From Gemmatimonadota bacterium (GTDB lineage: Bacteria > Gemmatimonadota > Gemmatimonadetes > Palauibacterales > Palauibacteraceae): DNA of 59,298 bases. Positions within the stretch are counted from its first letter, which is position 1. Each line of letters opens with the position of its first letter. The translations under genes were made by a program, and so were the position numbers. The stretch spans positions 1-59,298 of the forward strand of contig JBDHAC010000019.1 in the NCBI GenBank assembly GCA_039588275.1. Direction: 5' to 3'. This document shows, piece by piece, positions 37,439 through 46,284 of this stretch. Under the pieces are notes generated by a model that was given only the letters and a program-made list of their open reading frames with translations, was not told the origin of the DNA and did not search any database.

Positions 37439-39838
37439 ATGAGGGCGTTTCGTGGAACGTCACATCGCGCGGCCCTGCTCGGCGTCGGACTTGTGCTGGG
37501 CTGCGGCGGGAGCGCAGAAGAGGGTGACGACGGGAGTGCTCGGGGGAGCGCAAGGGCTCAGGCGAGTGCACAGGAGGAATCGTTGGAGGCACGTCTTCGG
37601 GCCGAGATCCACGGCCCCACCGCGATCCGATTTACCCTCACGGGCGTCGAGCGGCCCTCCGAACTCTCGGCCTATCGCCTGACCGACGGCCAGGGTCTGG
37701 AGATCACCATCGCGCAGGTCCTGCCCAACACCGCGTCCGAGTCCCTCGTGATCCCGGAGGTCGCTCTGGACCCCATGCGCGTCCATTACCTGGAGATCCC
37801 CCGATTGGGCCTCCGGGCCCTGGTTCGGCGAGACCCGATCTTCCGCAACATGTATTCGCCCAAGCCTCTGGGCGCCTTGGTCGCGGACGACGGTAGCGAG
37901 ACCACCTTCCGCGTCTTCTCCCCCCGCGCGCAGGCGGTGCGGCTGCATCTGTATCGCGACATGAACGACGCGCCCGATGAGGCCCTGCGCGTCGTGGAGA
38001 TGGCGAAAGACGAAGACGGCGTGTGGGAAGCCACCGAGGCCGGAGATCGCGGGGGCACGTGGTACGACTTCACGGTCCACGGGCCCGCCGACCCCGGGAA
38101 CTGGTTCTACGAGACGCACCCCGTACATGTCTCGGATCCCTACGCCCTGGTCAACGACGATGCCCTGGGCAAGTCACGGGTGTGGCGGGACGGGCCTCCT
38201 CCTCCGCCCCTGGAGGGTGGCCGGCCACCCATGGAAGACGTGGTCGCCTACGAGGTGCACGTCCAGGACTTCACCGATCTGCTTCCGGTGGGGGCGGCGG
38301 AAACCGGGACGCTGCCCGCTATGGCCCGAACGGGCCTGGTGAACGCCCACGGGGAGCCCATCGGATTCGACCACCTGGCGGACCTGGGCGTGAACGTGGT
38401 CCACCTCATGCCGGTGCAGGAGTACCTCCACTACCCCGACCCCGATTGGCAAGCCGCTTTCGCGGACGACCCCTTCGCGCAGGCCATGGGGATCGATCGG
38501 GAGAATTACCAGTGGGGGTACCGGACGACCCACGCCTTCGCCGTGGAGAGCCGCTTCCGTTCGCGGGGTGTGGAGCCCGGTGCCGAGCGGGAGCAGTTCA
38601 GGACGCTCGTCCGTGCGCTCCACGAGCGGGGCATCGCCATCATCATCGATGTCGTGCCGAACCACACCGGCGAGAACATGGACGGCCGGCATCTGCTCCT
38701 GAACTTCAACGTCCTGGATCTGCCCTACTACTACCGCACCGACGAAGATCTCGAGCACATCGGTCCGTTCGGGAACGAGGTCAAGTCCGAGGAGCGACCC
38801 ATGGTGCAGCGCTGGATCGTCGACCAGCTCAAGCACTGGGTGGAGGAGTTGGGGGTGGACGGCTTTCGCATCGATCTGGCGGGACAATTGGACGAGCAGA
38901 CCCTTCTCCGGGTCAAGCAGGAGCTCCCGCAGGATCTCATCATCTATGGGGAAGCGTGGATCCCGCCCAGCGATCCCGACGTCCGCTCGAACCCGGATTG
39001 GAGCTGGTACAAGGCCGACGCCCCCATCACCTTCTTCCAGGACGACGCGCGCGACGCCTTCAAGGGCACCCCCTTCGACGTGGACGAGCGGGGGTGGGCC
39101 GGCGGGGATGGCTCCGCCCGGGAGGCGACCATGCGCGGTCTCGCCAACCAGCATGCCGAGGAGCCGAGCGCCACGAAGGGGATCGCCTACCTGGACATCC
39201 ACGACAACTGGGCCCTGGCCGATCGATACGCACTGAACGACGATCACAACGGACTCGATGGCGTGGATCTGGGTGCCGTTCGGATCGCCGCCGGACTCCT
39301 CCTCACCGCGGCCGGTCCCGTAGTGATCCACGGGGGAACGGAGATGCTGCGCTCCAAGGGGCTGGCGCCGCACGAGGAGTTCGAGGTGGAAGCGGCCGGC
39401 GGGACCATCTGGTTCAAGGGCCGGGACGACACCTACAACCTGCGGGCCCCGAACCGCTTCCTGTGGGACAGCCTGGCCCCCGGCTCCGATCACGCGGCCA
39501 TGCGGGACTACTGGCGAGGGCTCCTGGCCTTGCGCATGTCCGAGCACGGCCGGGTCTTCCGCGTCGCCGACGTGCCCGACGGGCACTACGATTGGATCAC
39601 CCCCGATGTGGAGACGCTTCTGGGCTACGTGGTCGGCGAACGGGTCCTCGTCCTGGCCAACAGCGGTTCGCAAGAGGGCCTGTTCCGCTTCGAGCTGCCC
39701 GAGGGCGACTGGCGACAGGTAGGCGGCCCCGGGCGGATCGACCTGGAAGGCGTCGAAGGCGAGTTCGCTCGCCTCGCCGGCGGGGCACAGGAGGTGCCGG
39801 TACCGGCAGGCTCCTTCCTGGTCTGGGTCTCTCGCTGA
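37439..39838 (+). CDS. GH13 pullulanase-like lipoprotein with CBM48
   Basis: Lipobox VLGC; TTFRVFSPRA, YEVHVQDF, YQWGY (YNWGY-like), DVVPNHT, GFRIDLAG, YGEAW, DIHDN. Confidence 0.9.
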   Translation: MRAFRGTSHRAALLGVGLVLGCGGSAEEGDDGSARGSARAQASAQEESLEARLRAEIHGPTAIRFTLTGVERPSELSAYRLTDGQGLEITIAQVLPNTASESLVIPEVALDPMRVHYLEIPRLGLRALVRRDPIFRNMYSPKPLGALVADDGSETTFRVFSPRAQAVRLHLYRDMNDAPDEALRVVEMAKDEDGVWEATEAGDRGGTWYDFTVHGPADPGNWFYETHPVHVSDPYALVNDDALGKSRVWRDGPPPPPLEGGRPPMEDVVAYEVHVQDFTDLLPVGAAETGTLPAMARTGLVNAHGEPIGFDHLADLGVNVVHLMPVQEYLHYPDPDWQAAFADDPFAQAMGIDRENYQWGYRTTHAFAVESRFRSRGVEPGAEREQFRTLVRALHERGIAIIIDVVPNHTGENMDGRHLLLNFNVLDLPYYYRTDEDLEHIGPFGNEVKSEERPMVQRWIVDQLKHWVEELGVDGFRIDLAGQLDEQTLLRVKQELPQDLIIYGEAWIPPSDPDVRSNPDWSWYKADAPITFFQDDARDAFKGTPFDVDERGWAGGDGSAREATMRGLANQHAEEPSATKGIAYLDIHDNWALADRYALNDDHNGLDGVDLGAVRIAAGLLLTAAGPVVIHGGTEMLRSKGLAPHEEFEVEAAGGTIWFKGRDDTYNLRAPNRFLWDSLAPGSDHAAMRDYWRGLLALRMSEHGRVFRVADVPDGHYDWITPDVETLLGYVVGERVLVLANSGSQEGLFRFELPEGDWRQVGGPGRIDLEGVEGEFARLAGGAQEVPVPAGSFLVWVSR

Positions 39839-39875
39839 ATCTGGAGGCCGGGTGCGACGGACCGCGCCCGGCTCC

Positions 39876-40784
39876 TTACTCTCCGCCCGAGATCTTGCGA
39901 TACATGCCGCGCACGTTGAGCTCCCGCCAATCCTCGTAGCGGTCCCAGCCCTGGTAGTCCTCGAGCAACACCGTCGCCGCCGCCTCATCCTCGCTCAATC
40001 CTGCCTCGACGGCTGCGCGGACGGCTTCATCAAGATCGCGATAATACTGGAGCTGCCGCTCGATCGCCGCGCGATCACCGGGCGGGCCGTGACCGAACAC
40101 GATGCGCTCGAAGGGGATCTCCAGCAGGCCTTCGATCGCCCCGAACATGTCGGGGAAGTAAAAGCTCGCGAGGTCGCGGTACCCGAACCGGTCCCGCGAG
40201 ACGAAGTCGACGGCGAACGCGATTCGGTGCGCCGGCAGGTACCCGACCGCCATGTCGTCGCCGTGACTCCGGCCGAGGTAGTAGAGCTCGACTTCCCCTC
40301 CCGCGAGAGTCGCGCGCTCGGAGAACGTGGAGTCGGGCACCGGCAGGTCGGGATCAGCGGCCTCGCGGAGTGGTGCGTCCGCGTTCTCGTGCGCGAAGAT
40401 GGGCACGCCTGACCCGAAAGCCTCGCGTAGGACCCCGGCGCCGGTGGCGTGGTCGGCGTGGTTGTGGCTGTACACGATCGCGGCGAGCTCGGCGTCCGGG
40501 ATGTGCCCGCGGATCTCGTCGGCGTACAGGGCGGCCGCGTCGACCGAGATGGGATCGAACGCAACGACTCCGGCCGCCGTGCGGACGAACAGCGTGTTGT
40601 GACCCTGGAATCGAAACTGGTAGACGCCGTCCGCGATCTCGGTCGTCTCGTACTGCGGCGGCTCTTCCGGCGAGGCGCTCTCCGTGTCTACCACAGGCGG
40701 CGGAGCCTCGCCCGAGCAGCTCGCCGTTGCACAAGCGGCGACGGTGAGGATCAGGACCCGGGGCGAGAGGTGTTCGCGGATCAT
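39876..40784 (-). CDS. MBL-fold metallo-hydrolase lipoprotein
   Basis: SHNHADH, SHG, VDF, GHG metal ligands; N-terminal Cys signal. Confidence 0.88.
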   Translation of the reverse strand: MIREHLSPRVLILTVAACATASCSGEAPPPVVDTESASPEEPPQYETTEIADGVYQFRFQGHNTLFVRTAAGVVAFDPISVDAAALYADEIRGHIPDAELAAIVYSHNHADHATGAGVLREAFGSGVPIFAHENADAPLREAADPDLPVPDSTFSERATLAGGEVELYYLGRSHGDDMAVGYLPAHRIAFAVDFVSRDRFGYRDLASFYFPDMFGAIEGLLEIPFERIVFGHGPPGDRAAIERQLQYYRDLDEAVRAAVEAGLSEDEAAATVLLEDYQGWDRYEDWRELNVRGMYRKISGGE

Positions 40785-41260
40785 CGGTGCTCCTCCTTCT
40801 GCTGGTTGTGACCCCGCTCCGACAGCCGTTTGCGGTACGCGTGCTGGGTCTTGGCTCGGGCATAGCCGAGTTGCTCATAAAACGGGTGAGATGCGGCTCG
40901 CAAAATGTTGCTCCGTACAGATATACAGTCGAGCCTACGCGTTGCCGCCCAGCGCTCGACCGCGCTCACCAGCTCGCGCCCGATGCCCATCCCGCGGTGC
41001 CCGGAATCCACGATCAGACCGAGGATCTCGCAGCGCCGCTCCGATTCCAATAGCTCTTGCTCGGAGCCATGGATCCAGCCCACGACCTCCCCCGACTCCG
41101 ACTCGGCGACCAGCACGACGTCCGTGGCGCGCCCGATCAGGTTCTTGAGCCGGCGGAGCACGACGTCCTCGGCCACGGGATAGCCGAGGGCCTCGCTCAG
41201 CCCCGCGATCCAGGGTGCGTCCTCGGGTACCGCCGCGCGGACGTTGCGCGACGGCGTCAC
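40781..41260 (-). CDS. GNAT N-acetyltransferase
   Basis: LIVDSGHRGMGIGREL, HPFYEQLGY; ATGA overlap with the MBL gene. Confidence 0.9.
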   Translation of the reverse strand: MTPSRNVRAAVPEDAPWIAGLSEALGYPVAEDVVLRRLKNLIGRATDVVLVAESESGEVVGWIHGSEQELLESERRCEILGLIVDSGHRGMGIGRELVSAVERWAATRRLDCISVRSNILRAASHPFYEQLGYARAKTQHAYRKRLSERGHNQQKEEHR

Positions 41261-41321
41261 CCTGAGTGCCAGGAAACGGTCTGGCCCCGCACTGACTCAG
41301 GCAGCCCGAGCCTCCCGTCGA

Positions 41322-42944
41322 CTACACGATCCGCCGGGCCACCGGATCCCATTCAACCTGCCTCCCGAGCTGGTACGCGCGGGTGGCCATGTGGCACGTA
41401 ATGGCCTCCTGAAACCCCTGCTCGATGTCGCAGCTCGTGCTTCCGCCGTTTCGGATGACATCCAGCCACTCCGCGATGTGCAGGTTGTAGGCGTTCACCC
41501 GCTTGCCACCGCGATACGTGTACAGGAGCCCCCGGCTCGCGAAGTACTGGGCCGTGGCGGATGTGATCGCGTCCACGCCACGGAACCCGGGCTGATACGT
41601 GAACAGGGGCCCCTCCGGGTCGATGAGCCCTTCCTCGATCTGCTCCTTGAACCGGGTGGACGATCCCTCCGCGCTGATCCGGAGTCCCTGGTCCACCTCC
41701 ATCGTGGCGTCGTGCCCCATGAAGATTCGCCCACGCCAGTTCCCGTTCGCCAGTGTGGCGCTGTACACGAGGGTGAGATCGCGATCCGGGTATTCCATCA
41801 CGGCCTGGAACACATCGGGCACATCACGCCCGTCCTTGAAGTAGTAGATGCCGCCCGAAGCCACGCACGTCTTGGGGATCCCAAGCTCCAGGATCTGGTT
41901 CACCGAGTCGTACTCGTGGCTGAACAGGTCTCCCGAGAGCCCGGTCCCGTAGTCGAACCAGCAGCGCCAGCGGAAGAAGCGTTCGGGGGTGAAGGGGTAC
42001 TTGTTGGGCGCGGGGCCCTCGAACTGCTCCCAGTCGATCGTCTCGGGCGTCCCCCGCTCGTCGATGTCCCACACCCAGGCCCCCCACGGGTCGTTCCGGT
42101 TGGTGGTGGTCTCCACGAGGGTGAGCGGACCCAGGATTCCGGCGTCCAGGACCTCTCTGGCTTTGATGTGGCTCTCGGTCTGCCTCTGCTGGTGCCCGAG
42201 CTGGAAGACGATGTCCGAGTTCTTGACGACATCGTACATGCGGTGCGTCTCTTCCTCCTCCCGCGTCATCGCCTTCTCCACATAGATGTGCTTCCCGGCG
42301 GCGACCGCGTCGATGCACATCTGCGAGTGCCAGTGATCGGGTGTGGCGATGATGACCGCGTCCACGTCGTTGCTCTCCAGCAGCTCCGTGTAACGACGGA
42401 AGCGCGTGGCCGGACGTCCGCTGTGCCCGGCCCCGGGGCCCACGCCGTTGGCAGCCGCCACGAGACCCCGTTCGGCGCGCACATCGAACACGTCGCACAC
42501 CGCGGTGAATTCGATGTTCAGCGGGTCCTGCTGCATGAACGTCTCGAGACCCTTGTGACGTGGGTCATCCGCGGCGGCCTGCCGTGCGTCCTCGATCCAC
42601 TCGGGGTGTGCGAAGCCCGCGCTGCGGACGAGGTTTTCTCCCTCACCGCCGAACCCGATGATCCCGAGCCGTATCAACTCCGACGGTGGTCGGCTGATGG
42701 CTTCGGGGATGTAAGCCGGAGCGCCCTCGTCGATCCCGAGCTCGGCCATGATGGCCTCGCGCTTGGCGTCCTGCTCCAGCTTCCTTTGGTACCAGCCCCC
42801 GAAGAACAGCCCGAGGACGGGCACCGAAGCGAGAGCCTTGAGGACATCGCGGCGTGCGATCCCACTCTCCGGGGCTGCGGTCGATTCGCCGGTTTCAGTG
42901 GTGGAATCGGTGACGTCGTTCTGCTTTTCGTCGCTCATCTTCAT
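41322..42944 (-). CDS. Gfo/Idh/MocA oxidoreductase with Tat-like anchor and VDAITSAT motif
   Basis: ARRDVLK plus hydrophobic segment; GIIGFGGEG, ATPDHWH, YVEKAM, QLGHQQR, YGTGLSGDLFSH. Confidence 0.93.
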   Translation of the reverse strand: MKMSDEKQNDVTDSTTETGESTAAPESGIARRDVLKALASVPVLGLFFGGWYQRKLEQDAKREAIMAELGIDEGAPAYIPEAISRPPSELIRLGIIGFGGEGENLVRSAGFAHPEWIEDARQAAADDPRHKGLETFMQQDPLNIEFTAVCDVFDVRAERGLVAAANGVGPGAGHSGRPATRFRRYTELLESNDVDAVIIATPDHWHSQMCIDAVAAGKHIYVEKAMTREEEETHRMYDVVKNSDIVFQLGHQQRQTESHIKAREVLDAGILGPLTLVETTTNRNDPWGAWVWDIDERGTPETIDWEQFEGPAPNKYPFTPERFFRWRCWFDYGTGLSGDLFSHEYDSVNQILELGIPKTCVASGGIYYFKDGRDVPDVFQAVMEYPDRDLTLVYSATLANGNWRGRIFMGHDATMEVDQGLRISAEGSSTRFKEQIEEGLIDPEGPLFTYQPGFRGVDAITSATAQYFASRGLLYTYRGGKRVNAYNLHIAEWLDVIRNGGSTSCDIEQGFQEAITCHMATRAYQLGRQVEWDPVARRIV

Positions 42945-42962
42945 TCTCCGCGCTCGCAGGCC

Positions 42963-43484
42963 CTATGCGACGCTCGTGGCCTGCCGTCTCCGGAATATCA
43001 ATCGATCCAGCCCGACCTGGCGTGAGGTCGGAAAGGCGAAGATGACCAGAAGAGCGGCGAGCTCGACGAGGATCTTGTTCACGATCATGTAGCTCCCCTC
43101 CGTGGGAATCGAGTACTCGAGACCCGGGAAGGGGGGAGCGGCCACGTAGTACAGAAGGAGCATGAGGGCACCGGCCAGCGCAGCGGGCCGCGCGAACGCT
43201 CCGATCAAGAGCGCCAGCCCGACGAGCAGGAGCCCCCATTGGTTCAGGTAGTCCACGACGGTCAGGGCACCCGGACTGGTGGCCAAGGCCAGGAACTGGT
43301 CCTCAAACCAGCCCTGCGACTGTTCCAGGTATCCGGCCGACGTCCAGAAGGGGTTCGTGATCTTGGCCAGCCCTTCGTACATGAAGTGCCAGCCCACCAG
43401 CATCCTGAGACCCACCAGGGCCGTGAGCTGGAACGGTCCGTACTCGGGCGTCCCGGCCACGTCTCCCGTGGCTGCGCTATGCAT
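42963..43484 (-). CDS. DoxX family membrane protein
   Basis: LRMLVGWHFMYEGLAK, WTSAGYL, VGLALLIG, GSYMIVNK, GLDR; 4 TMs; start overlaps the apbE end. Confidence 0.88.
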   Translation of the reverse strand: MHSAATGDVAGTPEYGPFQLTALVGLRMLVGWHFMYEGLAKITNPFWTSAGYLEQSQGWFEDQFLALATSPGALTVVDYLNQWGLLLVGLALLIGAFARPAALAGALMLLLYYVAAPPFPGLEYSIPTEGSYMIVNKILVELAALLVIFAFPTSRQVGLDRLIFRRRQATSVA

Positions 43485-44565
43485 ATAGCCCTGCCTTCGC
43501 TTTCGTGACTTCGGCGACGCTCCGCCAACCATTCGACCTGAGTTGACGGTTCTCCGCGTCGATGATGAGACACGTACAGTCGGGAAGGGAATCAATGAGC
43601 CTCAGTCCCTTCTCCGGGCCCATTACGAATACGGCGGTCGCAAGGGCGTCGGCGGCCACCGCGGTCGGTGCGATGACGGTGACGCTCTGTGACGGCTGAG
43701 GCGAGCTGCCGGTCTGGCCGCTCACGATATGATGACGAGTTCGCTCGCCGTCGAAGTAGATCTCGTAGCTCCCGGAAGTCGCCACCGAGCCCGTGGGCAC
43801 GGCGACCAGATCGGGGAACGTCCCGTCCTTGAGGGGATTCTGGACCGCGACCCGCCAGGGCTCTCCATCCTCCCGTCGCCCCCCCGTCCGGATGTCGCCC
43901 CCGGCGTTGATCAGGTAATCGCGGATCCCCAGCTCCCGGAGACGGCGGGCCATGACATCCACCACGTACCCCTTCGCGATCCCGTCCAGGGTGAGCCCCA
44001 TGCCGCCCTTCTTCAGCGAGATGGCGCGCGAATCGATTCGGACGGCCCGTCCGTCCACCAGCTCGAGCGCCTCGAGGACCTCGACCTCCGTCGGCTGTCG
44101 GGCGGCGGATGGTGGTGGGGCGTCGTTGCCGGTACGGCGCTCCGCCGGGCCGCCTCGAAAAAGATCCACGAGTGGTTGAACCGTAATGTCGAATGCACCC
44201 TTGCTCAGGTCGTGATACTCGCGACCCAGCGAGACCACGGCAGACAGCTCCGGTGGTGGAAGCCGGATCTGGCCCTCGAGACTCAGACAGGAAACGGCTG
44301 AGGCCGGGTCGTAACGATTCAGCAGACCCACCACCCGGTCCATCTCTTCGAAGGCGCGGCCGATGGCCTCGTGCGCCTGGTCGGTGGAAGGATGGATGGC
44401 GGTGATGGATACCAGCGTGCCCATAGAGGGTCGCACGGCCGACGTGCGGAAACGGCCGGCCCTGACAGGATAGGACTCGGTCACGACGGGCGGGCTTTCG
44501 ACCCGCTCGAAGCCCATGTCCTCCAGGGCGGCCAACTTCCGGGCAAGGCGCGCGGTTTCGTCCAC
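43477..44565 (-). CDS. apbE: FAD:protein FMN transferase, no signal peptide
   Basis: MGT, GAFDITVQPL, LDGIAKGY, NAGGDI, ATSGSYE, HHI, ADALAT. Start GTG 44565 (after GGAGGAG) or 44577. Confidence 0.93.
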   Translation of the reverse strand: MDETARLARKLAALEDMGFERVESPPVVTESYPVRAGRFRTSAVRPSMGTLVSITAIHPSTDQAHEAIGRAFEEMDRVVGLLNRYDPASAVSCLSLEGQIRLPPPELSAVVSLGREYHDLSKGAFDITVQPLVDLFRGGPAERRTGNDAPPPSAARQPTEVEVLEALELVDGRAVRIDSRAISLKKGGMGLTLDGIAKGYVVDVMARRLRELGIRDYLINAGGDIRTGGRREDGEPWRVAVQNPLKDGTFPDLVAVPTGSVATSGSYEIYFDGERTRHHIVSGQTGSSPQPSQSVTVIAPTAVAADALATAVFVMGPEKGLRLIDSLPDCTCLIIDAENRQLRSNGWRSVAEVTKAKAGLYA

Positions 44566-44671
44566 ATGCTCCTCCACTCACACCGGCACCGACATCACGG
44601 TCCTCCCCAAATCTCTCTCAAATCAACGAATGCCGCGAGGGGTCCCGACCTGGCTCAGCGCGGATATACTG

Positions 44672-44701
44672 TTGACGATATTTAGCAATTAGGCTAAATA
44701 T
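44672..44701 (+). promoter_or_regulatory. Sigma70-type promoter overlapped by an ArsR-type operator
   Basis: TTGACG-17 nt-TAAATA; perfect inverted repeat ATATTTAGC-AATTAG-GCTAAATAT at 44678-44701. Confidence 0.75.
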
Positions 44702-44730
44702 TGGAGGGTCCTCGAGGAAAAGGACGGGCA

Positions 44731-45051
44731 GTGGAGAGAACGCGAGGGTCGAAGCCGCAGCGGGAAGCGCGAGTGGATGTCTACGAGGCGGTATTCACCG
44801 CGCTGGCTCACCCGACGCGGCGACGGATCCTCATGACGCTCAACTTCGAGGGCGGATCGATGACTGCGGGCGAGATCGCCTCGATCTTCGAGCACGCATG
44901 GCCGACGACTACGCGGCATCTCCGCGTGCTCGAGGCGGCCGGACTGCTGCATCACCGGCGAGAGGGGCGCACGCGCGTGTATCAGATCGAGCGTCGCCGC
45001 CTGGACCTGGTGCACGAGTGGCTCGCGTGGTTCACGAAAACTCCCGCCTGA
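44731..45051 (+). CDS. ArsR/SmtB family transcriptional regulator
   Basis: VFTALAHPTRRRIL, MTAGEIA, TRHLRVLEAAGL, REGRTRVY; start uncertain. Confidence 0.9.
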   Translation: MERTRGSKPQREARVDVYEAVFTALAHPTRRRILMTLNFEGGSMTAGEIASIFEHAWPTTTRHLRVLEAAGLLHHRREGRTRVYQIERRRLDLVHEWLAWFTKTPA

Positions 45052-45101
45052 GACGAGCGATAGCCGCGGGTCGGCCGCCGGAACGGCAAACGGAGGAGAC
45101 C

Positions 45102-45542
45102 ATGGCTGCGCCGAAGGAGAACGTCACGCCCGATCTGACGGAGACGGCAGCCGACGTGCCGAGCCTGTTTCGCCTGAACGTCGAGGTCGGCGATGTAGAT
45201 GAAGCCGCGAAGTTCTACGAAACGCTCCTGGGGCTCGTGGGCCGCAGGCAGGCAGGCTCACGGGTTTATTTCACATGCGGCGAGGTCACGCTGCAGATCG
45301 TCGACGTTTCTTCCGTCCGTGCTCCTCATCCGGCCGCGAAGGCGCTCTACTTCACCGTGAGCGACCTCGACGCGGTCTTCGAGCGCGCCAGATCGCTCGG
45401 GTGCCTGTCGCAGGAGGACGTGCACGGCGAGCCGGGCGGCAGCATCGGCGTGCGGCCGTGGGGCGAGCGCTCGTTCTACGCCGAGGACCCGTGGCGGAAC
45501 CCGCTCTGCTTCGTGGAGGCCGGGACGGTCTACCCCGGATGA
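45102..45542 (+). CDS. VOC/glyoxalase family protein
   Basis: GGAGGAG RBS; EAAKFYETLLG, YFTVSDLD, RPWGERSFYAEDPWRN. Confidence 0.88.
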   Translation: MAAPKENVTPDLTETAADVPSLFRLNVEVGDVDEAAKFYETLLGLVGRRQAGSRVYFTCGEVTLQIVDVSSVRAPHPAAKALYFTVSDLDAVFERARSLGCLSQEDVHGEPGGSIGVRPWGERSFYAEDPWRNPLCFVEAGTVYPG

Positions 45543-45557
45543 GCTCCGGCGCAGTCC

Positions 45558-46055
45558 TCAGTAGGCCTCGTTCGCGTTGAACATGTCGGCGGCGACTTTC
45601 CACTCCCCGTCTTCACGGATCCAGACGACGAGATACTTCATCGACTGGACGCTGCCGTCCGGCAAGGTCAGCGACGCGGTCCCGTAGTCGTACGCCATGT
45701 TCCCGTCCGGGGACACTCGCGCGAACGTGGGTTCCCAGGAAGCTTCGAGCGTGGCGGCCATGCCTTCCCAAGCGGCACGCATCGCCTCGGTCCCGGCGAC
45801 GAGCGGCGCGTCCGGCGGGAGCTGCACCGCTTCTGCGGCGTGGATGTCCACGATCCACTCCACGTCGCCCGCCCCGAACCTGCTCGACCACTCGCGCTCG
45901 AGCGCCATGATCGCCGCTTCTTCGGCGGCCGTATCGACGGCCGGTGCGGTCTCTGCCTCCGTGGTCGTATCGGGCGGAGCGCAGGCGGCGGAGATGATCG
46001 CCAGTGAGATGAAGCTCACGGCATGCACGGTGAAACCCCGGGTGTGTTGTCGCAT
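45558..46055 (-). CDS. DUF4440/NTF2-like lipoprotein
   Basis: Lipobox SAAC; LPPDAPLVAG, GNMAYDYG, KYLVVWIREDGEWKVAAD. Confidence 0.85.
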   Translation of the reverse strand: MRQHTRGFTVHAVSFISLAIISAACAPPDTTTEAETAPAVDTAAEEAAIMALEREWSSRFGAGDVEWIVDIHAAEAVQLPPDAPLVAGTEAMRAAWEGMAATLEASWEPTFARVSPDGNMAYDYGTASLTLPDGSVQSMKYLVVWIREDGEWKVAADMFNANEAY

Positions 46056-46284
46056 GGCTCTTGCCTTTCTCTCGTGCCCGTGCAGGCCGCTCGACGATCT
46101 CCCGGCCTGCCTCCCAGTCTTCCACGGATCACGGTGCCGGACGGATGCCGCGCTGTTAAGCCATGCGTGGCCATTCAGGAGCCACATCTCACAGTGGTGC
46201 CGCCCCCATTTGCCGGACGATCAAGTCTCGCCTACTCTTTACTGCTTCCGAACCTGGTCCGACCCTGAGACCGCGAGGCCAACG

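Noticed and set aside
38174..39988. Long antisense or alternate-frame ORFs (e.g. 38174-39988 -, 38023-39939 +, 41244-43025 +, 46189-47598 -, 57740-59131 +)
   Set aside because: They overlap well-supported genes and have no motifs; such shadow ORFs are expected in high-GC coding DNA.
45697..46284. N-terminal extension of the FAD oxidase ORF
   Set aside because: It overlaps the opposite-strand DUF4440 gene; the Tat signal begins at ATG 46285.
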